From Squalus acanthias (Eukaryota): a stretch of DNA of 64,000 bases. The notes beneath the pieces were generated by a model. It saw only the letters and a list, made by a program, of their open reading frames with translations. It was not told where the DNA came from and did no database searches. Shown one piece after another: positions 1 through 12,762 of this stretch. The stretch lies in the NCBI GenBank assembly GCA_030390025.1, contig CM059431.1, positions 159,590,001 to 159,654,000 of the forward strand, written 5' to 3'. Both the position numbers and the translations under genes were made by a program. Every line of letters begins with the position of its first letter. Position 1 is the stretch's first letter.

Positions 1-170
1 GTTTAGTGGCGATTTGAGGAGAATTGATTTCACCCAGAGGGTGGTGGGGGTCTGGAACTCACTGCCTGAAAGGGTGGTAGACGCAGAAACCCTCATCACA
101 TTTAAAAAGTAATTGGATATGCACTTGAAGTGCCGTAACCTAGAAAGCTATGGACCAAGAGAGAATTAAA
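1..170 (+). mobile_element. CR1 LINE 3' fragment
   Basis: ttcacccagagggtggtggggg...tggaactcactgcctgaaagg, the FTQRVV..WNSLP motif of the CR1 ORF2 C-terminus. Confidence 0.75.
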
Positions 171-1389
171 GGATTCGAACAGGGATTCTAGGGAGAGAGG
201 CACAAGAGCTTATTTAATAACACTTTTGAGGGCGTTAGATCACTTACACCAATATTAAATAGTGTTCATAACGCCGGAGATCCAATCCTCCTGGATCCTA
301 CGTGATAGAATAGTGAATGATGTGGAGAGGTGAGAGACGACAAGGGTACAGCACCATGGACACAGTGACGGAGGATGTTATTCCCGACTCTGATCTGGGC
401 AACTTGAAATACATTGGATCTACAGCACTGAAACTGGCCATTCGGACCAAGTGGTCTATGTTCGTATTTTCGCTCCACACGAGACTCCTCTCAATCTAAT
501 TTCCTAATTCCACTCTGCCCCGCACCCCTCTATTCCTTTCTTCCTCATAGACGCATCAAGCCTCTTTATAAATTTGACAAAGCTGAGTGCTTTCATCAGG
601 GTCGAAGAGAGAATTCGCTATCTATCACATAGAATCCTGTCCCATTACCTGGCCTCCAATTTCCACTCCCATAATGCTGCTCATCGTGTGGTGTCTGTCC
701 TCCCTACTCGAACGCAGATAGAAGTTCTATTTCAATGGATGAACTTCCGACCTTCTCTGACTCTGCTCCTTATCCTTGCTCATTCCTCCTCATCACCATG
801 ATGCTGCACCTCGGTAAACTCATCTGCAGGCAAAGATTAATGTTTTATATGTGTGCCGGTGCCCCACAAGCTCAGTCTCTCCAACAGTTCCTCAACACGT
901 TCATTGCAGTGAATCAACTTGTCTAACCTTACGTTGTACAAGAGGCACAGTTTCCTCACGGGCTGTTTCAAGGCCACATGGGCCAATATTGAACCCACCA
1001 GAGCTGCTTCTTCTGCAGACAAACCGAGTACTGTTGCATCAGAAGCAGATCTGAGAGGTCCAATGTCCACTTCTACAAATTTGCAGTGTCTCAAACCTCC
1101 AGTGTTGTGCTGCGATCGCCACCTCATGCAGCTACTTTGACTATGCGAGGCTGCATCACTTAAAGTGAAAGACAATTCTTGCAATATTTCCTGATTGCCT
1201 CATAAAAACAGATGTCATTGAGGTAGTTGGCTGTTGAAGGCAGACAAACCCTGAAAGCAGGTTGAGCATTTTGAAATTCTCTCACTTTTTCCCAACTTTT
1301 TATACCTGTAGAATTGAACTCTGACATCTTTCTGGGGACCAAAAAATACTGTTGCTTAGAAAAAGATGTGGGGCCCGAACGGGTCATGA

Positions 1390-1935
1390 ATCCGAATGAG
1401 GGCTCAATAAACGTTAGGGAACCTCTGATCTATAGCATGGATGTAGTTTAGGATGAACAGTGGTCACTACACGGATCCTTACGGGACTCCACCAGTAACC
1501 GTTATCCGCGTACAGCCGCTCCCGTTTATAACAAGCCTTTTTCTGAGAAAATATAACCAAGTACCTATCAAATCCAGAATCTACCCTCTTCTCCCGCAGG
1601 AAGCCATGTTATGAAGTGAGGCCTTGTGAGGCACCTTGTTAAACGTTTCCTCAAGTTCCAAATTTTTAATGTCAACAACAAAGCGGTTTACTTCCTCAGA
1701 ACAATGACCCAAGTTGGTGAGACATGACATTCTATTTTAGAAGCCATGTTGTGTATCTCTGATAACTCCTATTATTTCCACGTGGTCATACAGGGTATCG
1801 GCAATGATCCCTTCTCACAACTTTCCACTAAGCGGAAGTAAAGCTAATTGGTTTATAATTTCCTGGATCTGATTGTTACCTTTTAAAATTTGGAACTGTA
1901 TTAACTTCCCTACAATTCATGTGGTAATATACCAT
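1390..1935 (-). mobile_element. Old degenerate CR1-like RT fragment
   Basis: Minus strand shows remnants of the QHGF..SCLTNL and GVP.GSV motifs with stops. Confidence 0.55.
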
Positions 1936-2539
1936 TTGTAGTGAACTATTAAGGATATAGACCAGGTGCAAACTTAACACATCCCTTGGGAAGAATACCA
2001 GACGCACGTGGACCCTGTCAGACTTGAAACGCCGGGGTAGCAATTTGTCTTTTATGGCACCACAAAGTTCCACTGACTTCAATAGAACGGAATATGGGGC
2101 GGCGAATATAACAGGCGGCCAATTCGATCCGGCCCTTTCTGGACTGCAGCCCAAGATGAATTCCTATCCGCTACTCCCATTATTTTATTCTGGATTATAC
2201 GTGTAGCTACTTTGGCATTATCAACACCAGTATTAACTATTCAATGCATTAATGGTAACAGAGCATCATCTACTGGAGTGAAGGCTGATGCTACCTATCC
2301 GTTCAAAAACTCTGAAATGTCCTAGCCATATGCTAGAGTTTGCCCTGTTGTGTCTTTAACGACGCTATGGTTCTGTTTTTGCCCCTGTGTCATGACAAAA
2401 CTAAGTAAGGACTTTGTTATTGCTGCTGCAGTTATCGAAAACCTTATTTCAACTAACATTTTGCCCGTTTCAATGGCAGTTTTTGTAGCCTGATGCTGAG
2501 CCTCGTCTTTTTTCCCTATTTTCCGGGGATTCATTTAAA

Positions 2540-4100
2540 TACAGAATGATACAGTACAGAAGGAGACCTTTCGGCCCATGTGCCAGCGCTTTGGTAGATT
2601 TATCCAATTAATTCCACTCTACTGCTCTTGCCCATAGCCATGTAATTTATTTCTCCCCCCAAGTATTTATCCATTTCTGTATTGAATATTACCATTGACT
2701 CTTTTTCCACCACCATTTCAGGCAGTGCAGTCCAAATCACAGCAGTTCGCTGTGTAAAGAATGTTTCCTCCTGTCGCCTCTGTTTCTTTTCCCTGTCACC
2801 TTAAATCTGTGTCTTCTGGTTAACGACCCTTCCACCACTGAAATCTGTTTCTCCTTATTCATTCTATCAAACCAGTTCATGATCTTGAACACTTATATCA
2901 CAAATCCTCTTCACCTTCTCTGCTCTAAGGAGAACAGCCCGGCTTCTCCACTCTCTCCACATAACTGAAATGCCTCATCCATGATAACATTCCAGTGAAT
3001 CTCTTCTACCCCCTCTCTAAGCACTTGATAGCATTCCTAAAATGGTTCGCCCAGAATTGAGCACAAGACTCCCACTTCTCAAGTTTTCCTGCCACTTTCA
3101 AAGATTTGTGTACAGACACCCCTAGATTTCTCTGTCCCTGTACCTCCTTTAAAACAGTACTTTTTACTTGTTATTGCGTCTCCTCATGCTTCCATCCATA
3201 ATGAATAAATTCATACTTTTCTCCGTTAAATTTCAGCTGCCATGTGTCTGCCCATTTCATCCATCTGTCTATGCCATCCTAAAGATTGTTCCTATACTTC
3301 TCATTGTTTACTATATATTGGAGTTTCGTATCATCCCCAAGTCCCGGTCATTAATATATGTCGAAAAGAGCAGTGGTCCTGTGTCCGAGCCCTGGGGAAT
3401 ACCACGTTATAATTCCGTACAGTCTAAACAAGCAACCATTCACCACTACTCTCGCCTATCTGTTCCATTGCAATTTCTTATTCACGATGCCGCTGTCCTT
3501 TTAATTCCAAGACCTTTAATTTAGCTAACAAGTCTATCATTTGGTATTTTGTCAAAAGTATTTTGAAAGTCCACATACTCAATGTCAACCGCATTACCCT
3601 CTTCAACCCTCTCCGTTACTTCATCAAAGAACTCAATCAAGTTAGCCAAACACGGTTTACCTTTAACAAGTCGGTGCTGACTTTCAGTTATTAGCCCATA
3701 CTTTTCCAAAAGCCAAAAAATGTAGTCCTGAATTATTGTCTCCAAAAGTTTCCCACTACCGACTTTAGCTTGAATGTAGTTGCTCAACTTATCCCTCTCC
3801 CCTTTTTAAACAGTGGTTTAGTATTTGCAATCCTCCAGTCCTCTGCCATCACCTCCATATCTAAGGAGCATTTGCAAAATGTAGTCAGAGCTTCTGCAGT
3901 TTCCACTGTTATTTCCCTCAGTAAACTAGGATGCCACCCATCCAGACCGGGTGACGTTATTACTTTGAGGAGTGCAAACATTTTAAGTGCCTCCTTTTTA
4001 TCTAATTTTATCCTATCCAATATCGCTACTACTCCTCCTTTACTGCTACATTGGTAGCACCCTCTTCTCTATTGAAGACAAATGCAAAGTATTCATTCAT
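2540..4100 (-). mobile_element. CR1 LINE, 5'-truncated and decayed
   Basis: ORF pieces SPGLDGWHP and GKPCLANLIEFFDEVT...VDFQNTFDKIP; 3' tail at about 2540. Confidence 0.92.
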
Positions 4101-4400
4101 ACGGGAGTAGGCCATTCCGCTCCTCCGGCATGTTACACATGAATGGGAATAGGCCGCTCAACCCTTCGAACATGTTACATCGGAAGAGCAGTCATCGATT
4201 CGGTCCCACGGGCCTGTTACATAGGAACAGGAGTAGGTCATCCAGCCGCTTGAACCTGTTACATTGGAACATGAGTAGACCTTTCATCCGCTTGAGCAAG
4301 ATATATAGGAAAAAGCGAAGGCCAATTTGGCCCTCGAGTCCGTTACTCGAATAGCAGGATGCAATTCAGCCCCTCGAGCCTGCTAAAAGGGAGCAGTGGT
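4100..4400. repeat. 42-bp minisatellite derived from a CR1 3' tail (about 7 diverged units)
   Basis: GTTACA at 4132, 4174, 4216 and 4258 (period 42). The unit resembles the CR1 tail ataggagcaggagtaggccattcagcccctcgagcctg seen at 5447. Confidence 0.8.
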
Positions 4401-4874
4401 AGATATCCAATGGACATCTGAAGAGCCGATAAGAACCACACTACTGATAAGAGATCAATTATGTTCAAACAGCTTTGTTTAAAATATGAGGGGGGGAATA
4501 CTCATATTTATCACCAGATTATCCATATGTATCACCAAATGCTCCATATTTATTACTATATGTTGGAAAACAATAGTGAACCTTCTGTTTATTTTTAAAG
4601 GGAAGGAGGAGGCCCTTAGCCGGCAGGAATCGAATACTGAATTCTAGGTCATCACCTTAACCTTTCCGCAAGTGCGACACCTCGCTTTAGCCGCTTGATT
4701 TGACACAATGAGGAAAGGTTGTTGATCCTGTTCGATCGCTGGGCGGGGACTTTCGCGACAGAAACTGCCGGTGCCGGACACGACAAGTGTCTCAGAGCAA
4801 AGGGACACTTCACTTTAATTCTCGGAACTGCAGGTGACAGGTCTGCTTGGGGATTTACTGGTGGGAAAAACATT

Positions 4875-5426
4875 GGCCCGTATTTTCCAGTGCCTACGGG
4901 TGCGACCGCGTACGCACCCGTGGGCACTGGAAGCGCATGCGTGAAAACCCGGAACTTACGATCTGCGACGAATAATTCCCAGCAAAAGGGCATTCGCGGG
5001 TAGAGAGTTGGGTTATTTGCCAACTACTGCCCATCGAATGCCCGTGAAATTCGTCTGTCTGGTAAAAGCTGGCGTAAGGCCTTCTTTTACCAGCATAAGT
5101 ATTTAAATAAATATATTTTTTAATTCAATTATTTAAACTTTAAAAAACCAGTAAAATAAATTTAGGTTATTTTCAGCCCATTTAAAAGGTTTAAAATTAT
5201 TTTTAAAAATAGTAAACATTTGTTTTAAATGTTTAATTAAATTGTATTTTAATTAATATGAAATACTTAACATTTTTTAATTATTTGGTATGTCAGTATG
5301 TTTTTATGTCATCCCCATTCGTGCTTATGGGGATTCCGGACGTGCTGAATCCCCATACGCATATATTGGGATTCCCTTCTTTCATTGGTTCGGCCGGCCC
5401 ACGTGATACGTGGACTTCTGCGCATG
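4875..5426 (+). mobile_element. Harbinger-type MITE (~700-bp family), truncated by CR1
   Basis: Starts GGCCCGTATTTTCC like the 7991 copy; GC-rich arms with an AT-rich core. Confidence 0.75.
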
Positions 5427-7402
5427 TCATAGAAACATAGAAGATAGGAGCAGGAGCAGGCCATTCAGCCCCTCGAGCCTGCTCCGCCATTCAATGAGAT
5501 CATGGCTGATCATCCAAATTCAGTACCCTGTCCCTGCCTTCTTCCCATATCGCTTGATCACTTTAGCTTTAAGAAATATATCTAAATCCTTCTTAAATAT
5601 ATTTACTGAATTGGCATCTACTGCCTTCTGTGGTAGAGAATTCCACAGGTTCACCACTCTCTGGGTGAAGAAATTCCTCCTCATTTCTGTCCTAAATGGC
5701 TTACCCCTTATCGTTAGACTGTGACCCCTGGTTCTGGACTCCCCGGCCATCGGGAACATCCTTCCTGCATCTAGTCTGTCTAGTCCTGTTAGAATTTTAT
5801 AAGTTTCAATGAGATCCCCTCTCATTCTTCTAAACTCTAGCGAGTATAAGCCCAATCGACCCAATTTCTCCTCATACATCATTCCTGCCACCCCAGCTAT
5901 CAGCCTGGTGAATCTTCGCTGCACTCCCTCCATGGCAAGAACATCCTTCCTCAGATAAGGCGATCAAAACTGTACACAATACTCAAGATGTGGTCTCACC
6001 AAGGCCCTGTACAACTGCAGCAAGACATCCCTGTTCCTGTACTCGAACCTTTTCGCTACGAAGGCCAACATACCATTTGCCTTCTTAACCGCCTGCTGCA
6101 CCTGCATGCTTACCTTCAGCGACTGGTGCATAAGGACACCCAGGTCTCGTTGCACTTCCCCTTCTCCCAATCTATTGCCATTCAGATAATAATCTGCCTT
6201 CCTGTGTTTGACACCAAAGTTTATAACCTCGCATTTATCCACATTATATTGCATCTGCCAGACTTCTGCCCAATCACCCAACCTGTGCAAATCGTATTGG
6301 AGTTTCTCGGCATCCTCCTCACGGCACACACTCCCACCCAGCTTTCTGCCGTCTGCAAACTTGGAGATATTACATCCATTTCCCTCGTCTAGATCATTAA
6401 TATATATTGTGAATAGCTGGGGTCCCAGGACCGATCCCTGCGGTACCCCCCTAAAGTCACTGCTTGCCACTCGGAAAAAGACCCATTTATTCCAACTCTT
6501 TGCTTTCTGTCTGCCAACCAGTTCTCTATCCAAAGTCAATACCTAGCCCCCAATCCCATGTGCCTTAACTTTACACACCAATCTCTTATGCGGGACCTTA
6601 TCGAAAGCCTACTGAAAGTTCAAATACACCACATCCACTGGTTCTCCCTTATCTATTTTCCCAGTTACATCCTCAAAAAATTCCAGTAGATTAGTCAAGC
6701 ACGATTTACCTTTTGTAAATTCATGTTGAATTTGTCCGATCCTGTCACTGTTTTCTAAGTGCTCTGCTATTACATCTTTTATAATGGACTCTAGCATTTT
6801 CCCCACTACCGATGTCAGGCTTACCGGTCTATAATTCCCCGTTTTCTCTCTACCACCTTTTTTGAATAGTGGGGTAACATTAGCTACCCTCCAATCCATG
6901 GATACTGTTCCAGAGTCTATAGAATTTTGGAAGATGACCAGCAATGCATCTACTATTTCGAGGGCCACTTCCTTAAATACCCTAGGATGTAGATTATCAG
7001 GCCCTGGGGATTTATCGGCCTTTAATCCCGTCAATTTCCCTAACACTATTTCCCTACAAATACTGATTTCTTTGAGTTCCTCCATCTCATCAGACCCTAT
7101 GTTCCCCGACATCTCTGGGAGGTTATTTGTGTCCTCCTTTGTGAAGACAGATTAGATTAGTCAAACACGATCTGCCTTCTTTTACAAATCCGTGTTGGCT
7201 CTCCTTAATTAGCTTAAACCTCTGCAATTGCACGTTCATTTTTTTTTTGGTTATTGTTTCAAAAACTTTACCCACCACTGATTTTAAACTGACCGGCCTG
7301 TAGTTACTAGATTTATCCTTGCACAGCTTCTTGAACAATAGTGTATCATTTGCCACTTTCCAATCCTCAGGCACCTCCCCCGCATCTAGGGAAGATTGGA
7401 AG
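5427..7402 (-). mobile_element. CR1 LINE RT region and 3' tail (5427-7150) joined to a second CR1 subfamily fragment (7150-7402)
   Basis: ORFs 5520-7374 carry GVPQGSVLGP, FAD and RPHLEYCVQF motifs; catagaaacatag tail repeat. Confidence 0.96.
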
Positions 7403-7620
7403 AGAAAGAATGGTGATTATGAATGAGTGTATTGGCAGGTATGAGTGATGCCTCTCATGGTTGCAGAACTGTAAGATGTCAGTAGTGCCTGTGAAGCATG
7501 CAATATTGTGGGGTGTGTGAATGTTAGATTACAGTTGTATGGTGGATGAAGTGTGTTCAGTTTGTGATGCTGGTGGTGATTTTACAGTTATTGAGAATGC
7601 TTTGTGATATGGGATCTTAC

Positions 7621-7830
7621 CTTTACCACTCTTGTCAAGTCATTAACTTTCTTGTGATATTGGAGCCACCTCCCGGGTGATCACGTCCCACACGCGCCGC
7701 ATCAGCTGTCTCTCTGGTCTTCTTCCCTATTGTGGGCAGATTACACCCTTCCTCCTCTCTACCTCTTCCAACAGGAACTCAAATGCTGCATAGGAGAATC
7801 TAGGCGCCTTCCTTCTTTCTCCTTGCTCGC
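7621..7830 (-). mobile_element. Harbinger Myb/SANT-like exon remnant
   Basis: RKAPRFSYAAFEFLLEEVERRKGVICPQ*GRRP...VWDVI, then frameshifted QYHKKVNDLTRVVK|gtaag. Confidence 0.7.
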
Positions 7831-7990
7831 TGCTCTTCCAGCCATTGGAATCCAACATCTTCAATGGAATTGAATGAGTGTAGGCTACATATACAGCTCC
7901 AGGAAAAGCGCATCTAATCAGTGCTTGAGTGCTAAACTTACAATTGTCGCTTTCAGCGCCTGCACGCACAATCAAATCATGATAATAATC

Positions 7991-8680
7991 GGCCCGTATT
8001 TTCCGATACCTACGGGTGTGCACGGGCTGTGTGCACACCGTAGGGACATCGGAAATGCCGGTTTCATGCATGCGAAGTGCATGAGCTGAAAACCGGCATT
8101 GCCCATCTGTCAAGAATGGTCTTCACAGATCGGACGCCTGCGCGCTGAAAACTGATGAAATCTCACGCCTGGTTCAAGCAGGCATAAGGCCTGCTTTTAC
8201 CAGCATAAGATTTGAAAAAGTAAACAAAACATTTTTCACTCATTTATAATTTAAAAATACTTTTAAAAAAGGTAAAGCCCCGTAAAAAATTGTAATTATT
8301 TTTTTCAAAAAAATAAATTTTGGTTCCAAATATTTAATTTAATGTAATTTTAACTCATTTTAAAAACGTGATATTTTTTAACATTTATTTAATGTTTTAG
8401 TGTCTTTTTGGGGTGATCTTCAATCATATATTTGACAGGTCTATCTGTCAAAAGTATGAAGCTAGATTCCCTTCTCCTATTGGCTGGCCTGGCCCACGTG
8501 ATCCCAGGGACGCTTGCGAACAGCATGCTCCCCTGGGATAACTGGGCCCTGCGCATTTCGACTTCGGAAAGGCCCAGTAGAGGAAGTGTCCGGACCTCGG
8601 TAGCCCTCAGGTAAATTGGTAGATTTTTTCCGATGGGAGGCATCGGCACGCAGGAAGTCTCCTGTCGGAAATCACCGGCC
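7991..8680 (+). mobile_element. Harbinger-type MITE, full length
   Basis: Imperfect TIR GGCCCGTATTTTCCGA / TCGGAAATCACCGGCC. Confidence 0.82.
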
Positions 8681-9127
8681 ATGAATTAATCCGAAAATTG
8701 CGTGCTAAATCCGGACTTTCAAAAATGCGTTTATAATTCGCACAGCACCGATTGAACGTCTGTTTTCACGCTGCGGCCAAACTAACTCCCTGTATATATA
8801 CGCTGTGGTGTACACAACACCGTACATTTTGCACTACCGCCAAAAAATAAATTTCTACTATAAAAGCGATTAAATTTCTAAGGAACAAATGGAACAGCAC
8901 TTTTTAATATTTTGTTCTCTATTATACTTTTAGCAACGACTACATATCTCGCGTTATTGCTGATTAACTTTCAAAACCTTTGTAAATATCTAGCAATCAA
9001 CAGAAAAAAGCAATTGGTTCATAGGGTAAGTATAAACTGCAAGAATACACTTTCGATATAATATTGACGTTTAATAAATATAACATTGCATGTATGGTAC
9101 AACTTGTTAGTCAATAATAAAAATATT

Positions 9128-9279
9128 TCATTGCTTCTTCAGAATCGGAGTATGACACATTTTGTGGCGTTCTGCCCAGCTCCGGGAGTCGATCCGGTTT
9201 GACATCCACCCGCACACCAACACTGGATTTCTGCAGTTATATTTGTATGTGACTTTCCCTTGATATAAGAGCAGACAGC
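9128..9279 (-). CDS. Putative terminal coding exon of the NLR gene
   Basis: Acceptor tatgttgcag| at 9280. Phase-1 frame reads GCLLLYQGKVTYKYNCRNPVLVCGW...PILKKQ* (TGA 9130-9128). AT-rich sequence follows, with ATTAAA on the minus strand near 9070 and 8905. Confidence 0.45.
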
Positions 9280-9467
9280 CTGCAACATAGAGTTAAATAT
9301 TAAAAAATAAATGAATAAACATAGCATGGATGGTGGCGGCAGAAGCGGACAAACGTTTTCCCTCTCCTACAGCATTCCTCAGTGATGTAATTTCAGGGAC
9401 ACCTTAACCATTATAAAATAAAGTGTTTCAGGAGTGGGATTACTTTCAAGGGAACCATTTAGTCAGG

Positions 9468-9672
9468 CGAAGAAGAAGGAGAAGAATGCGAAGATGAGGA
9501 GGAGAAACAGAAATAGAAACAGAAGAAGAAGAATGAGGAGCAAAAGGAGGAGAAGAAGGAGGTGGAGAAGAAGGAGAAGAATGCGAAGGAAAGAAGAAGA
9601 GGAGGAGGAGAAAGACAATAAGAAGGATAAGAAGAAGAAAACAAGGAGTAGATGAAGAGTAGAAGGAGAAAC
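9468..9672 (+). repeat. GA-rich (GAA/GAG) low-complexity tract
   Basis: Nearly pure purine run of agaagaaggag variants. Confidence 0.9.
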
Positions 9673-9718
9673 ACGTCAGATAAGCGGAAAGCTATCGTTC
9701 TTTTGGGTGCTAACTGAC

Positions 9719-9732
9719 CTGTAGTGCTTTCC
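9719..9732 (-). CDS. Putative 14-nt micro-exon of the NLR gene
   Basis: Branch-point-like ctcactaac, pyrimidine tract, ctgcag|GGAAAGCACTACAG|gtcagt. Phase 2 to 1 links the last LRR exon to an open frame in the 9279 exon. Confidence 0.45.
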
Positions 9733-10074
9733 CTGCAGTTTAAAAAGAACAGTTAGTGAGTGGATCTCCATAAATTACTTAAAACACACTCCTTTCACTG
9801 GATAGTGCCCAGCCTATATTAACGTCCTATCACATGATGAACTATTTTACTCTCTCCCTCATGGTTTGTGTTAGCAGAATCTGGAGATACGAACCAACCC
9901 CGAACTGCACCAGTAGCAGCAAGTATGAAAACGACTTTCAATTATTCTCAATTAACCCATCCTCCAACGCAACAGTCGTCTAATGCCCTTTAGTCTGCTG
10001 TATAGATCGAACATCTGTGTCACATGTCGCTATTCCAATAAATATATAACTAAACTTGAAGAAAGGCAAGTTAC

Positions 10075-10266
10075 CGGATTTGAATTTGATTCTTTCTTTG
10101 TTTCACGAGGTTCCAGAGCTGAAGACAGGTTGTATATGTGAAACAATTAATTCTATCGCCGTAATTTTCATTCGATTTGAGGTTCACAATTTCCACCGAT
10201 TGGTTCTTGCAGAGTGCGGAGCAGAGTTTCTCGATACAAGCGTCTGTGAGACCGTTGTTGTTCAAA
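10075..10266 (-). CDS. NLR gene, LRR/LRR-cap exon
   Basis: aatgcag|T TTG AAC AAC AAC GGT encodes LNNNGLTDACIEKLCSALCKNQSVEIVNLKSN...QIQIR. Ends at CG|gtaact, or reads on into an immediate TAA; 192 nt, phase 2-2. Confidence 0.9.
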
Positions 10267-10451
10267 CTGCATTACAAATGGACCGGATGTAACGTCGTGA
10301 TTTAGAACAAAATGGATGATTTTTTTACAAGGAGCAACGGAAAGCAAAAACAGCAAGAAATCTGCAACAGGACTAGGGAAAGAGATCATGTACGGCATGA
10401 ATCTGAATGACAGATGCAACATTTCTACCTAATAAAGCAGATTTTACTTAC

Positions 10452-10538
10452 TCCAGTGTTTCTATTTTGCATTCCGCTCTCCACAATGTTTCACATAATC
10501 GGTGCACTCCTGCATCTTTCAAATTATTGTCGTTCAGG
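10452..10538 (-). CDS. NLR gene, 87-nt LRR exon (ribonuclease-inhibitor-type LRR)
   Basis: tccttag|C CTG AAC GAC...CTG GA|gtaagt encodes LNDNNLKDAGVHRLCETLWRAECKIETL; phase 2-2, typical NLR LRR exon size. Confidence 0.92.
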
Positions 10539-10737
10539 CTAAGGACAGTAAAAAAAAGTTTACTGATTGGGTCTGAAATAATTATTATTTCATTATTCGT
10601 GAATGGATTAGAAATCAATGCCTTTATTCAAAGAAAAGACATTTGGAGCAGATTCCCCTTTTCAATGTTTAAGCATAAACCATCCTTTAAGAAGTACGGT
10701 TGTGTTCTGGTTATGTTATTGGAAAAATAATCCAAGA

Positions 10738-12762
10738 GGCCGATGATAACAATTCAGCGGGCGGGTTCGGAGGCGGTATCCCGCTCTGAACCCGCGTCCT
10801 TGTGAGTTTCTCATGTGCCGGCTCTGCCTGCGCATTGCAGACCCGGCACCAAGCGGCCGGTAAGCCAATTGAAATACATAAGAGGGTGTTTAAAGGTATT
10901 TAAGCAGCATTTTACCAGCTGCTTAACATTTTCCCAACTTTTTCAGGAGGTTCCAGTGGCACGGAGATCACGTCAGGTAAGTGTGTCGGGTTCCCAATGA
11001 CTCGCCATTGCTGTGAATGGGTGACAGCTGCAAAAGTGGTGCAGAAGCTACAATTTCACTTTCCAATTTCAGAAGCTTGAACCTTCAGGATTTGGAAGAC
11101 GCTTTTCAACTTTATGGAGGTTTGAAGTGTTTGTAGCAAACTCTCTATCCAGTGTCACCTCCTTGGAACAATCTGTCTCACCAGTGACAGATCGATTCTG
11201 TCATCTCAACTTCAGCTGCCATCTGTTCCAGCAGCATCGGTGCCCTGGAAATAATCTCACCTTGGTTCTCAGAATCCCTCAACGATCAGACCAACACCAA
11301 CATCACCAGGCACACCAGCATCACCAACAACAACAGCAAACGTCTCTACAATCACCTGATGCTGCACAGGAACGAGGGCATGAGCACCTGACCAAACGGC
11401 TGTCCGGGAGGCCAAAGTTGGCCTCACCATGACCAGATTTAATTCACTTGATGCTGCACACCCTGGATGCCACATGATGCGCCAGGTAGACACCACCCCA
11501 CACCAACATCATAAAGAATGCCTACAATGTCCAAGCCATTCCTTTCACACACAACACCATTGGGGGGGGGGACGTTATGTCACACTAAGACACTTCCAAA
11601 GGTGCACACAGATCTGTTCAAGAAGGCAACATTTTGAAAATAAAGATTTCAATGTTTGACAACACATTAAAATAAATTTTACATGAACATTGCATAAAAA
11701 ACCCAACTGCCTACCCTTGTGTGTTGTTAGTTGGCATGATTGATCGAGGATGAGGGTGAAAGAAGAAAGAAAGACCTGCATTTATATAGCGCCTTTCACG
11801 ATCACAGGACGTCTCAAAGCGCTTTACAGCCAATGAAGTATTTTTGAAGTGAAGTCACTGTTGTAATGTGGGAAACGCGGCAGCCAATTTGCGCACAGCA
11901 AGCTCCCACAAACAGCAATGTGATAATGACCAGATTATCTGTTTTTGTTATGTTGGTAGAGGGATAAATATTGGCCAAAACACCGGGGATAACTCCCCTG
12001 GTCTTCTTCGAAATAGTGCCATGAGATCTTTTACGTCCACCTGAGAGGGCAGACGGGGCCTCGCTTTAACGTCTCATCCGAAAGACGGCACCTCCGACAT
12101 TGCAGCACTCCCTCAGCACTGCACTTGAATATCAGCCTAGCTTTATGTGCTCAAGTCCTTGTAGAGGGTAAGTATGAAGGGTGGATCCTGAGATGGGGAA
12201 GTGAGAATGTAGATGGAGAGAGATGGGTGAAGGTGCAAGGTAAGTTGGTGTGAGAAAGGATGTGCAGGTTTAGTACAGGGAAGGCAGAGTGATGTTGATG
12301 TGAAGAATAGCACAGCAGGATGAGGTCGAGTGTGTCTTTGCAGTAACGTTTCGTGATCAACTGAGATCATTGAAAGATTTGTGCAACCAGGCGGCGTTGG
12401 TGTCCTGGGGAGGTCTCTTCCGCCAATTGGAAGGGAAGAGCACCTTCTTACGTGCTGTGACTCCCTCCATAAGCATATGGAGGGAGTCATGCGAGAGCCT
12501 GAGTGCAGCCGTGCACGTTTGTGCAGCGTTTGTCAGTGTTTGCAGCACCGCAATGCTGTAGAACACTGACAGCACAAATGTCAAAATGAAAGTGGACACG
12601 GTCCCTTTAAGAAAACCGGCAGAGACCTCGCAGGGCGGGACTTAACAAGCCCCATCAGGGGAAAATCATGTGGGAAGCTCGCATGGAGGCAAGAGCGGGA
12701 CCGGGACCCGCCAATGACCTCTACCTGCCGCGCTGCCGCCTCGGTAGGGGAAATCGCGGCCC
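10738..12762. mobile_element. Internally deleted PIF/Harbinger DNA transposon with a Myb/SANT-like ORF remnant (12350-12530, minus)
   Basis: RLSHDSLHMLMEGVTARKKVLFPSNWRKRP...AAWL..KSFNDL resembles the Harbinger Myb-like (NAIF1-type) domain. Right end gaaatcgcggccc is GGCC-type; the left end is weak. Confidence 0.65.
11770..12160 (-). mobile_element. Deu-domain SINE (same family as 46262), nested in a Harbinger remnant
   Basis: Reverse-complement match to 46262-46735 (gcatttatatagcgcctttcacg...aacgtctcatccgaaagac). Confidence 0.8.

Noticed and set aside
5520..7374. Reverse-transcriptase ORFs as a retron or an active element
   Set aside because: These are fragmented CR1 ORF2 pieces with frameshifts, stops and a mutated catalytic motif (FADG instead of FADD).
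9139..9327. ORF ending ...KCVILRF, suggesting a CaaX prenylation motif
   Set aside because: CVIL is not terminal, and this frame (phase 0) is not reached by any upstream exon I could identify.
9434..9655. Arg-rich protamine-like ORF
   Set aside because: It is the translation of a GA-rich simple repeat.
11053..11064. ISRE/IRF-like motif ATTTCACTTTCC
   Set aside because: Single short motif inside a transposon remnant near the 3' end of the gene, with no supporting context.
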